Source: Escherichia coli (GTDB lineage Bacteria > Pseudomonadota > Gammaproteobacteria > Enterobacterales > Enterobacteriaceae). From it: a stretch of DNA of 64,000 nucleotides. Positions within the stretch are counted from its first letter, which is position 1, and every line of letters begins with the position of its first letter. The notes below the pieces were generated by a model. That model worked only from the letters and a program-made list of their open reading frames with translations. It had not been told where the DNA came from and ran no database searches. The stretch lies in assembly GCF_024700885.2 (NCBI RefSeq), contig NZ_CP117016.1. The stretch is one strand, 5' to 3'. Positions 52,734 to 64,000 of the stretch are shown here, in pieces. The position numbers were made by a program, and so were the translations under genes.

Positions 52734-54116
52734 ATGGAAAAGAAACTGGGACTGAGCGCACTCACCGCGCTGGTATTAAGCTCAATGCTGGGCGCGGGTG
52801 TTTTCAGTCTGCCGCAAAATATGGCGGCAGTTGCCAGCCCGGCAGCACTGCTCATCGGCTGGGGCATTACTGGCGCTGGCATTTTATTGCTGGCCTTTGC
52901 CATGCTGATCCTCACGCGCATTCGTCCCGAACTTGACGGCGGTATCTTTACCTATGCCCGCGAAGGGTTTGGCGAGCTAATCGGCTTTTGTTCCGCATGG
53001 GGATACTGGCTGTGCGCAGTCATCGCCAACGTCTCCTATCTGGTGATCGTTTTTTCCGCGTTAAGCTTTTTTACGGACACGCCGGAATTGCGCCTGTTTG
53101 GCGATGGTAATACCTGGCAATCGATCCTCGGTGCATCGGCTTTATTGTGGATTGTTCACTTTTTGATCCTGCGCGGAGTGCAAACCGCTGCCAGCATTAA
53201 CCTGGTGGCGACACTGGCAAAATTGTTGCCGCTGGGTCTGTTTGTTGTGCTGGCGATGATGATGTTCAAACTGGATACCTTCAAGCTCGACTTCACCGGA
53301 CTTGCACTTGGCGTACCCGTTTGGGAACAGGTGAAAAACACCATGCTGATCACCCTGTGGGTTTTCATTGGTGTGGAAGGTGCCGTGGTTGTTTCTGCGC
53401 GTGCGCGTAATAAACGTGATGTTGGCAAAGCGACACTGCTGGCGGTTCTCTCCGCTCTGGGCGTTTACTTGCTGGTAACGCTGCTTTCGCTGGGCGTGGT
53501 GGCACGTCCTGAACTGGCTGAAATTCGTAACCCGTCAATGGCCGGTCTGATGGTGGAAATGATGGGACCGTGGGGCGAAATCATCATCGCTGCCGGTTTG
53601 ATCGTTTCCGTTTGCGGCGCGTACTTAAGCTGGACCATCATGGCGGCAGAAGTTCCGTTCCTGGCTGCCACTCATAAAGCATTCCCGCGCATTTTTGCGC
53701 GCCAGAACGCACAAGCTGCGCCATCCGCCTCACTGTGGTTGACCAACATCTGCGTGCAAATTTGTCTGGTACTCATCTGGCTGACCGGTTCCGATTACAA
53801 CACGTTGCTGACCATCGCCTCAGAAATGATTCTGGTGCCCTATTTCCTGGTCGGCGCGTTCTTGCTGAAAATCGCAACCCGTCCACTGCATAAAGCGGTA
53901 GGTGTCGGTGCCTGCATTTATGGCTTATGGTTATTGTACGCCTCTGGTCCAATGCACTTGCTGTTATCCGTTGTTCTGTATGCGCCGGGGCTGCTGGTTT
54001 TCCTGTATGCGCGTAAAACGCATACACATGATAACGTACTGAACCGCCAGGAAATGGTGCTAATTGGCATGCTGTTAATTGCCTCAGTTCCGGCGACCTG
54101 GATGCTGGTGGGATAA
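52734..54116 (+). CDS. ydgI: amino-acid antiporter (arginine:ornithine-like)
   Basis: 460-aa multi-pass ORF. Confidence 0.88.
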   Translation: MEKKLGLSALTALVLSSMLGAGVFSLPQNMAAVASPAALLIGWGITGAGILLLAFAMLILTRIRPELDGGIFTYAREGFGELIGFCSAWGYWLCAVIANVSYLVIVFSALSFFTDTPELRLFGDGNTWQSILGASALLWIVHFLILRGVQTAASINLVATLAKLLPLGLFVVLAMMMFKLDTFKLDFTGLALGVPVWEQVKNTMLITLWVFIGVEGAVVVSARARNKRDVGKATLLAVLSALGVYLLVTLLSLGVVARPELAEIRNPSMAGLMVEMMGPWGEIIIAAGLIVSVCGAYLSWTIMAAEVPFLAATHKAFPRIFARQNAQAAPSASLWLTNICVQICLVLIWLTGSDYNTLLTIASEMILVPYFLVGAFLLKIATRPLHKAVGVGACIYGLWLLYASGPMHLLLSVVLYAPGLLVFLYARKTHTHDNVLNRQEMVLIGMLLIASVPATWMLVG

Positions 54117-54152
54117 CGTTCATCCCATCGTTGGATAGCAAAGGAGATAACG

Positions 54153-54875
54153 ATGGGTAAAGCCCAGCCCTTGCCAATATTAATTACTGGCGGAGGTCGT
54201 CGCATCGGCCTCGCACTCGCCTGGCATTTCATTAATCAAAAGCAACCGGTGATTGTCAGCTATCGGACGCACTATCCAGCCATTGATGGACTGATTAAGG
54301 CAGGTGCGCAGTGTATTCAGGCTGATTTTTCGACCAACGACGGTGTGATGGCGTTTGCCGATGAAGTACTAAAAAGCACCCATGGTCTGCGTGCTATTTT
54401 GCATAACGCCAGCGCGTGGATGGCGGAAAAACCGGGAGCGCCACTGACCGACGTACTGGCTTGCATGATGCAGATCCACGTTAATACCCCATACCTGCTC
54501 AACCATGCGCTGGAAAGATTACTGCGTGGGCACGGACACGCCGCCAGTGATATCATTCACTTTACCGATTATGTGGTGGAGCGCGGTAGCGACAAACATA
54601 TTGCCTATGCTGCAAGCAAGGCGGCACTGGATAATATGACCCGCTCGTTTGCCCGCAAGCTGGCACCGGAAGTGAAAGTGAATTCTATTGCGCCATCGCT
54701 GATCCTGTTTAATGAGCATGATGATGCCGAATATCGACAACAGGCGCTGAATAAATCACTGATGAAAACCGCGCCTGGCGAGAAAGAAGTGATCGACCTG
54801 GTCGATTACTTACTTACCAGCTGCTTTGTCACCGGACGCAGTTTCCCTCTTGATGGCGGTCGTCATCTGCGTTAA
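54153..54875 (+). CDS. folM: dihydromonapterin reductase (SDR)
   Basis: 240-aa ORF; recognised sequence. Confidence 0.9.
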   Translation: MGKAQPLPILITGGGRRIGLALAWHFINQKQPVIVSYRTHYPAIDGLIKAGAQCIQADFSTNDGVMAFADEVLKSTHGLRAILHNASAWMAEKPGAPLTDVLACMMQIHVNTPYLLNHALERLLRGHGHAASDIIHFTDYVVERGSDKHIAYAASKAALDNMTRSFARKLAPEVKVNSIAPSLILFNEHDDAEYRQQALNKSLMKTAPGEKEVIDLVDYLLTSCFVTGRSFPLDGGRHLR

Positions 54876-55207
54876 TGCAGCTTAATCCAGCATATAATCA
54901 ACACCCATGCGCTTATCCCCCAGCATGCAACAGAACCAACAAAAGCGGCGGGCAAGCGCATCATTCCGGTGAAATACCACAGCGACGCCAGGTAAACAAA
55001 ATAGGGAATAATCGACCACATGCTAAAAATGATGGTTGCGCGTAAGGCTTCAATGCCGCGTTCGCTGGCAACAATATAATGCGCGATGAGCGCAAAGGTC
55101 GGGAAAAGTGGAATCAGCCCGGCGATATAATAATTTTTCGTTTTTGCTAAAACACCAATCAACAGCACTACCAGCGCACCGAGCGCGGCTTTGATTACCA
55201 GCCCCAT
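54872..55207 (-). CDS. ydgC: GlpM-family inner membrane protein
   Basis: 111-aa hydrophobic ORF. Confidence 0.85.
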   Translation of the reverse strand: MGLVIKAALGALVVLLIGVLAKTKNYYIAGLIPLFPTFALIAHYIVASERGIEALRATIIFSMWSIIPYFVYLASLWYFTGMMRLPAAFVGSVACWGISAWVLIICWIKLH

Positions 55208-55335
55208 CTTTTTACCTTAACACCTCCATAACAAGTCATCAGTAGAATACCTGATGAAAGCTTGTTTAGAAACGATTGATAGTAAGTAAAAACAGCGCGG
55301 TGTATTGTGACGTTTTTATATCTACCGTGAATGTT

Positions 55336-56055
55336 ATGAACACTATCGTATTTGTGGAAGATGATGCGGAAGTCGGTTCACTGATTGCCGCGTACCTGGC
55401 AAAACATGATATGCAGGTTACCGTAGAGCCGCGCGGCGACCAGGCCGAAGAAACCATTTTGCGAGAAAATCCGGATTTGGTGTTACTCGATATCATGCTA
55501 CCAGGCAAGGACGGCATGACCATTTGTCGTGATTTACGCGCAAAGTGGTCCGGACCGATTGTTCTTCTAACCTCTCTCGATAGCGATATGAACCACATCC
55601 TGGCACTGGAAATGGGTGCCTGCGACTATATTCTCAAAACGACGCCCCCTGCTGTTTTGTTAGCGCGTTTACGTTTGCATTTGCGTCAGAATGAGCAAGC
55701 CACACTGAGCAAAGGTCTTCAGGAAACGTCTCTGACTCCCTACAAAGCCCTGCATTTCGGCACGTTGACCATCGATCCTATCAACCGCGTAGTCACCCTG
55801 GCTAACACTGAAATCTCGCTCTCGACAGCTGATTTCGAATTATTGTGGGAATTAGCTACCCATGCTGGGCAAATCATGGACCGCGATGCATTGCTGAAAA
55901 ATTTACGTGGCGTCAGTTATGACGGACTGGATCGTAGCGTGGACGTGGCTATTTCGCGGTTAAGAAAAAAACTGCTCGATAACGCCGCAGAACCTTATCG
56001 CATTAAAACTGTGCGTAACAAAGGCTATCTTTTTGCGCCTCATGCATGGGAATAA
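55336..56055 (+). CDS. rstA: two-component response regulator RstA
   Basis: 239 aa from MNTIVFVEDD; receiver plus winged-helix domains. Confidence 0.9.
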   Translation: MNTIVFVEDDAEVGSLIAAYLAKHDMQVTVEPRGDQAEETILRENPDLVLLDIMLPGKDGMTICRDLRAKWSGPIVLLTSLDSDMNHILALEMGACDYILKTTPPAVLLARLRLHLRQNEQATLSKGLQETSLTPYKALHFGTLTIDPINRVVTLANTEISLSTADFELLWELATHAGQIMDRDALLKNLRGVSYDGLDRSVDVAISRLRKKLLDNAAEPYRIKTVRNKGYLFAPHAWE

Positions 56056-56058
56056 GCG

Positions 56059-57360
56059 ATGAAAAAACTGTTTATCCAGTTTTACCTGTTATTGTTTGTC
56101 TGCTTCCTTGTGATGTCTCTGCTGGTCGGGCTGGTGTACAAATTTACCGCCGAACGCGCGGGCAAACAGTCGCTGGATGATTTGATGAACAGTTCGCTGT
56201 ATCTGATGCGTAGCGAATTGCGTGAGATCCCCCCACACGACTGGGGTAAGACGCTGAAAGAGATGGATTTAAATCTCTCTTTCGATCTGCGTGTCGAGCC
56301 ACTGAGTAAATACCATCTGGATGATATTTCCATGCACCGGCTGCGTGGCGGCGAAATTGTCGCTCTGGACGATCAGTACACCTTTTTGCAACGTATCCCG
56401 CGCAGCCACTACGTGCTGGCAGTTGGTCCTGTTCCTTATCTTTATTACCTCCATCAGATGCGATTACTGGATATCGCCCTGATCGCTTTTATTGCCATTT
56501 CCCTCGCCTTTCCGGTGTTTATCTGGATGCGTCCGCACTGGCAGGATATGTTAAAACTGGAAGCAGCGGCGCAACGATTTGGCGATGGGCATCTCAGTGA
56601 GCGTATCCACTTTGATGAGGGTTCGAGCTTTGAACGACTTGGCGTCGCATTTAACCAGATGGCGGACAATATCAACGCCTTGATTGCCAGCAAAAAACAG
56701 CTTATCGACGGAATCGCTCACGAACTGCGAACGCCGTTAGTGCGCTTGCGTTATCGACTGGAGATGAGTGATAACCTGAGCGCCGCCGAATCCCAGGCAT
56801 TGAATCGCGATATCAGTCAACTTGAAGCTTTAATTGAAGAGCTACTGACTTATGCCCGACTCGATCGCCCACAAAACGAGCTTCATCTTAGCGAACCAGA
56901 CCTGCCGTTGTGGCTGTCAACGCATCTGGCAGACATTCAGGCAGTAACACCCGATAAAACGGTACGGATTAAAACGCTCGCGCAAGGCCATTATGCGGCG
57001 TTGGATATGCGCTTAATGGAGCGTGTGCTGGATAATTTGCTCAATAACGCCCTGCGCTACTGCCATTCAACGGTTGAAACCAGCCTGCTACTGTCGGGGA
57101 ATAGAGCGACATTAATTGTTGAGGATGATGGCCCAGGGATTGCCCCAGAAAACCGCGAACATATCTTTGAACCTTTTGTTCGCCTCGATCCCAGCCGGGA
57201 TCGCTCAACCGGCGGCTGCGGGCTGGGGTTGGCGATTGTCCACTCTATAGCACTGGCAATGGGCGGTACGGTTAATTGTGACACCAGCGAACTGGGTGGT
57301 GCCCGCTTCTCGTTTAGTTGGCAGTTATGGCATAACATCCCGCAATTTACCTCTGCCTGA
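56059..57360 (+). CDS. rstB: sensor histidine kinase RstB
   Basis: H-box HELRTP and ATPase motifs. Confidence 0.9.
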   Translation: MKKLFIQFYLLLFVCFLVMSLLVGLVYKFTAERAGKQSLDDLMNSSLYLMRSELREIPPHDWGKTLKEMDLNLSFDLRVEPLSKYHLDDISMHRLRGGEIVALDDQYTFLQRIPRSHYVLAVGPVPYLYYLHQMRLLDIALIAFIAISLAFPVFIWMRPHWQDMLKLEAAAQRFGDGHLSERIHFDEGSSFERLGVAFNQMADNINALIASKKQLIDGIAHELRTPLVRLRYRLEMSDNLSAAESQALNRDISQLEALIEELLTYARLDRPQNELHLSEPDLPLWLSTHLADIQAVTPDKTVRIKTLAQGHYAALDMRLMERVLDNLLNNALRYCHSTVETSLLLSGNRATLIVEDDGPGIAPENREHIFEPFVRLDPSRDRSTGGCGLGLAIVHSIALAMGGTVNCDTSELGGARFSFSWQLWHNIPQFTSA

Positions 57361-57402
57361 CACTACGCGCACGGTGGTCAAGTCACCACCATTGTGCTAT
57401 AA

Positions 57403-59765
<2,363 letters not shown>

Positions 59766-59878
59766 GGCCTGCTCCTCACCTGATTAATTTTTTCTTTCTG
59801 TTTTGCTTTCGTTAAGCAACTTTTAGCTCACTCATTATTTACTATTTGATAACAAATGTTTGGTCTTTCGTGCCATGT

Positions 59879-59903
59879 AAAAAAACCGCCCCGAAGGGCG
59901 GCT
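59879..59903 (-). terminator. intrinsic terminator downstream of fumA
   Basis: Hairpin ccgcccttcggggcgg followed by T7 on the minus strand. Confidence 0.6.
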
Positions 59904-59907
59904 CTGT

Positions 59908-61554
59908 TTATTTCACACAGCGGGTGCACTGTGTGAGTTGTATCTGCTGGAAGAAGTCATTTCCTTTATCATCCACAAGGATAAACGCCGGGAAATCTTC
60001 CACTTCAATTTTCCAGATGGCTTCCATTCCCAGTTCCGGATATTCAACACATTCCAGGCTCTTAATGCTTCCCTGCGCCAATACAGCTGCCGGACCACCG
60101 ATACTACCGAGGTAGAAACCGCCGTGTTTTTTACAAGCATCCGTCACCTGCTGGCTGCGGTTGCCTTTCGCCAGCATGATCATACTTCCGCCCTGCGCTT
60201 GCAGTTGATCGACATAAGAATCCATCCGTCCGGCGGTCGTTGGGCCAAGAGAACCGGAGGCATAACCTTCCGGCGTTTTGGCCGGACCCGCATAGTAAAT
60301 CGGATGATCTTTGATGTACTGCGGCAGCCCTTCACCGTTATCCATCCGCTCTTTCAGTTTGGCGTGAGCAATATCACGACCGACGATAATCGTGCCGTTA
60401 AGCGATAAGCGTGTAGAAACGGGGTACTGCGACAACTGTGCGAGGATCTCTTTCATCGGACGGTTAAGGTCAACGCGCACCGCTTCGCCTTCTCCCGTTT
60501 TGCGCAGCTCTTCCGGAATATATTTGCCTGGATTATGTTCCAGTTTTTCGATCCAGATCCCCTGACGGTTGATCTTCGCTTTGATATTACGGTCAGCGGA
60601 ACAGGAGACGCCCATTCCGACCGGGCAGGATGCGCCGTGACGTGGCAGGCGAATCACGCGGATGTCGTGAGCGAAGTATTTACCACCAAACTGCGCACCC
60701 AGACCAAGATTTTGCGCTTCGATCAGCAATTCTTTTTCCAGTTCCACATCGCGGAACGCCTGACCGTGCTCATTCCCTTCCGTTGGCAATTCATCATAGT
60801 ATTTAGCGGAAGCCAGTTTCACCGTTTTAAGGTTCGTTTCCGCAGAAGTTCCACCAATCACAAATGCAATATGATAGGGAGGACAGGCCGCCGTACCCAG
60901 CGTGCGCATCTTCTCAACCAGGTAATTTTTCAGTTTCCCCGGCGTTAGTAACGCTTTGGTTTCCTGATAGAGATACGTCTTGTTTGCCGAACCGCCACCT
61001 TTGGCGATACAGAGGAATTTGTACTCGTCGCCATCAACGGCATAAAGATCGATCTGCGCTGGTAGATTGGTGCCGGTATTCACCTCTTTATACATATCCA
61101 GCGGCGCGTTTTGCGAGTAGCGCAGATTATCTTCGATATAAGTGTTATAGACACCGCGTGCCAGCGCCGCTTCATCACCGCCACCGGTCCATACACGCTG
61201 CCCTTTTTTACCAACAATAATCGCGGTGCCGGTATCCTGACAGGTTGGCAGAACGCCTTTCGCCGCGATGTCGGAGTTGCGCAGGAATTGCAGCGCCACA
61301 TATTTATCATTTTCGCTGGCTTCCGGGTCACGCAGAATGTCGGCCACCTGTTGTTGGTGAGCCGGACGCAGCATAAATGACGCATCATGAAACGCCTGAC
61401 GCGCCAACAAAGTTAACGCTTCGGGTGCGACTTTCAAAATCTCCTGCCCTTCAAATTCAGATACGCTAACGTGTTCGCTGGTTAGCAGGTAATACTCAGT
61501 ATCATCTTTTTTGAGTGGAAAAGGAGCCTGATAATGAAAGGGTTTGTTTGACAT
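59908..61554 (-). CDS. fumA: fumarate hydratase class I (Fe-S)
   Basis: 548-aa ORF; recognised sequence. Confidence 0.93.
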   Translation of the reverse strand: MSNKPFHYQAPFPLKKDDTEYYLLTSEHVSVSEFEGQEILKVAPEALTLLARQAFHDASFMLRPAHQQQVADILRDPEASENDKYVALQFLRNSDIAAKGVLPTCQDTGTAIIVGKKGQRVWTGGGDEAALARGVYNTYIEDNLRYSQNAPLDMYKEVNTGTNLPAQIDLYAVDGDEYKFLCIAKGGGSANKTYLYQETKALLTPGKLKNYLVEKMRTLGTAACPPYHIAFVIGGTSAETNLKTVKLASAKYYDELPTEGNEHGQAFRDVELEKELLIEAQNLGLGAQFGGKYFAHDIRVIRLPRHGASCPVGMGVSCSADRNIKAKINRQGIWIEKLEHNPGKYIPEELRKTGEGEAVRVDLNRPMKEILAQLSQYPVSTRLSLNGTIIVGRDIAHAKLKERMDNGEGLPQYIKDHPIYYAGPAKTPEGYASGSLGPTTAGRMDSYVDQLQAQGGSMIMLAKGNRSQQVTDACKKHGGFYLGSIGGPAAVLAQGSIKSLECVEYPELGMEAIWKIEVEDFPAFILVDDKGNDFFQQIQLTQCTRCVK

Positions 61555-61752
61555 TGTTCTCTCACTTACTGCCTGGTTTGGTTATGCTCTGGGCGGGTGT
61601 TCCGTTGCCCTGTTAAAAGCGAGTAACAATATCCTACACACTTTTTTAACAAAAACTGAGACTAGTACGACTTTTTGCGGCTCCAGGTTACTTCCCGTAG
61701 GATTCTTGCTTTAATAGCGGGATTAATTTCCACATTAAAACAGGGATTGATC

Positions 61753-62928
61753 ATGCAAAAACTCATTAACTCAGTGCAAAACTATGCCTGGGGCAGCAAA
61801 ACGGCGTTGACTGAACTTTATGGTATGGAAAATCCGTCCAGCCAGCCGATGGCCGAGCTGTGGATGGGCGCACATCCGAAAAGCAGTTCACGGGTGCAGA
61901 ATGCCGCCGGAGATATCGTTTCACTGCGTGATGTGATTGAGAGTGATAAATCGACTCTGCTCGGAGAGGCCGTTGCCAAACGCTTTGGCGAACTGCCTTT
62001 CCTGTTCAAAGTATTATGCGCAGCACAGCCGCTCTCCATTCAGGTTCATCCAAACAAACGCAATTCTGAAATCGGTTTTGCCAAAGAAAATGCCGCAGGT
62101 ATTCCGATGGATGCCGCCGAGCGTAACTATAAAGATCCTAACCACAAGCCGGAGCTGGTTTTTGCGCTGACGCCTTTCCTTGCGATGAACGCGTTTCGTG
62201 AATTTTCCGAGATTGTCTCCCTACTCCAGCCAGTCGCAGGTGCACATCCGGCGATTGCTCACTTTTTACAACAGCCTGATGCCGAACGTTTAAGCGAACT
62301 GTTCGCCAGCCTGCTGAATATGCAGGGGGAAGAAAAATCCCGCGCGCTGGCGATTTTAAAATCGGCGCTCGACAGTCAGCAGGGTGAACCGTGGCAAACG
62401 ATTCGTTTAATTTCTGAATTTTACCCGGATGACAGCGGTCTGTTCTCCCCGCTGTTGCTGAATGTGGTGAAATTGAATCCTGGCGAAGCGATGTTCCTGT
62501 TCGCTGAAACGCCGCACGCTTACCTGCAAGGCGTAGCGCTGGAAGTGATGGCGAACTCCGATAATGTGCTGCGTGCGGGTCTGACGCCTAAATATATTGA
62601 TATTCCGGAACTGGTTGCCAATGTGAAGTTCGAAGCCAAACCGGCTAACCAGTTGTTGACCCAGCCGGTGAAACAAGGTGCAGAACTGGACTTCCCGATT
62701 CCTGTTGATGATTTTGCCTTCTCGCTGCATGACCTTAGTGATAAAGAAACCACCATCAGCCAGCAGAGTGCCGCCATTTTGTTCTGCGTCGAAGGCGATG
62801 CAACGCTGTGGAAAGGTTCTCAGCAGTTACAGCTTAAACCGGGTGAATCAGCGTTTATTGCCGCCAACGAATCACCGGTGACTGTCAAAGGCCACGGCCG
62901 TTTAGCGCGTGTTTACAACAAGCTGTAA
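61753..62928 (+). CDS. manA: mannose-6-phosphate isomerase
   Basis: 391 aa from MQKLINSVQNYAWGSK. Confidence 0.93.
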   Translation: MQKLINSVQNYAWGSKTALTELYGMENPSSQPMAELWMGAHPKSSSRVQNAAGDIVSLRDVIESDKSTLLGEAVAKRFGELPFLFKVLCAAQPLSIQVHPNKRNSEIGFAKENAAGIPMDAAERNYKDPNHKPELVFALTPFLAMNAFREFSEIVSLLQPVAGAHPAIAHFLQQPDAERLSELFASLLNMQGEEKSRALAILKSALDSQQGEPWQTIRLISEFYPDDSGLFSPLLLNVVKLNPGEAMFLFAETPHAYLQGVALEVMANSDNVLRAGLTPKYIDIPELVANVKFEAKPANQLLTQPVKQGAELDFPIPVDDFAFSLHDLSDKETTISQQSAAILFCVEGDATLWKGSQQLQLKPGESAFIAANESPVTVKGHGRLARVYNKL

Positions 62929-63028
62929 GAGCTTACTGAAAAAATTAACATCTCTTGCTAAGCTTATTAAAGGCTTATAACACCTTCAGGCGGCCAGTCC
63001 GCCTGATTTCATTTTATGGATAATCATT

Positions 63029-64000
63029 ATGAATAAATCGCTGGTAGCGGTAGGCGTCATTGTTGCGCTAGGCGTAGTCTGGACAGGCGGCGCATGGTAT
63101 ACAGGCAAGAAGATTGAAACCCATCTCGAAGACATGGTCGCGCAGGCGAACGCGCAACTCAAACTGACCGCTCCTGAATCCAACCTGGAAGTCAGTTATC
63201 AAAACTATCATCGCGGCGTATTCAGCAGCCAGTTGCAACTGTTGGTGAAACCCATTGCCGGGAAAGAAAATCCGTGGATTAAAAGCGGTCAGAGCGTCAT
63301 CTTCAACGAATCGGTTGATCATGGTCCCTTCCCCCTTGCCCAGCTAAAAAAACTGAACCTGATCCCGTCGATGGCATCAATTCAAACCACGCTGGTTAAT
63401 AACGAAGTTAGCAAGCCACTGTTTGATATGGCAAAAGGTGAAACGCCTTTTGAGATTAACTCCCGCATTGGTTACAGCGGAGATTCCAGTTCCGATATTT
63501 CGCTCAAGCCGCTGAATTACGAGCAAAAGGATGAAAAAGTCGCCTTTAGCGGCGGCGAGTTCCAGTTAAATGCGGACAGAGACGGCAAAGCTATCTCCCT
63601 TTCCGGGGAGGCGCAAAGTGGTCGGATAGACGCAGTTAACGAATACAACCAGAAAGTGCAGTTGACCTTTAATAATCTGAAAACCGACGGTTCCAGCACG
63701 CTGGCAAGTTTTGGTGAGCGCGTAGGAAACCAAAAACTGTCACTGGAAAAAATGACCATTTCAGTGGAAGGCAAAGAACTGGCACTGCTGGAAGGCATGG
63801 AGATCAGCGGTAAATCGGATCTGGTCAATGACGGTAAAACGATCAATAGCCAACTGGATTACTCGCTAAACAGCCTGAAGGTACAGAATCAGGATCTGGG
63901 CAGTGGCAAGCTGACTCTAAAAGTCGGCCAAATTGATGGCGAAGCCTGGCATCAGTTTAGCCAGCAATATAACGCGCAAACTCAGGCGCTGCTGGCACAG
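63029..64000 (+). CDS. ydgA: DUF945 protein YdgA (partial, runs off window end)
   Basis: Starts MNKSLVAVGVIVALGV; truncated at the window edge. Confidence 0.8.
   Translation, partial: MNKSLVAVGVIVALGVVWTGGAWYTGKKIETHLEDMVAQANAQLKLTAPESNLEVSYQNYHRGVFSSQLQLLVKPIAGKENPWIKSGQSVIFNESVDHGPFPLAQLKKLNLIPSMASIQTTLVNNEVSKPLFDMAKGETPFEINSRIGYSGDSSSDISLKPLNYEQKDEKVAFSGGEFQLNADRDGKAISLSGEAQSGRIDAVNEYNQKVQLTFNNLKTDGSSTLASFGERVGNQKLSLEKMTISVEGKELALLEGMEISGKSDLVNDGKTINSQLDYSLNSLKVQNQDLGSGKLTLKVGQIDGEAWHQFSQQYNAQTQALLAQ

Overview
This window is Escherichia coli chromosome (gene order ydeE–mgtS–mgrR–dgcZ–ydeI–dcp–ydfGHZIJ–rspBA–ynfAB–speG–ynfCD–ynfEFGH–dmsD–clcB–ynfK–mlc–ynfLM–asr–ydgU–ydgD–mdtIJ–[tqsA]–pntBA–ydgH–ydgI–folM–ydgC–rstAB–TerB–tus–fumC–fumA–manA–ydgA). 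All calls are from reading the translated ORFs and the DNA by eye; no database search was run. The one clearly accessory region is a ~15.3-kb integrative element (about 31955–47226) inserted inside the 5' part of tqsA and flanked by a 9-bp direct repeat (tgctgttat). It carries a tyrosine integrase, an AlpA-like regulator, a primase/helicase with an iteron-rich origin, an SSB, and a complete tail-less HK97-type head and packaging module (capsid, prohead protease, portal, two head-completion proteins, HNH endonuclease, TerS, TerL). It has no tail or lysis genes, which matches a capsid-forming phage satellite (cf-PICI-like). The parts most likely to hold undescribed biology are a block of seven small unassignable ORFs upstream of the primase, a divergent switch with three palindromic operators and a 59-aa RHH-like protein, a terminator-like hairpin abutting the capsid start codon, and a motif repeated at both ends and at two internal promoter regions. 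Outside the element, the strain differs from K-12 in lacking Qin next to ydfJ and in having only a short 3' remnant where ydeJ is expected. Coordinates of hand-read small features may be off by a base or two.
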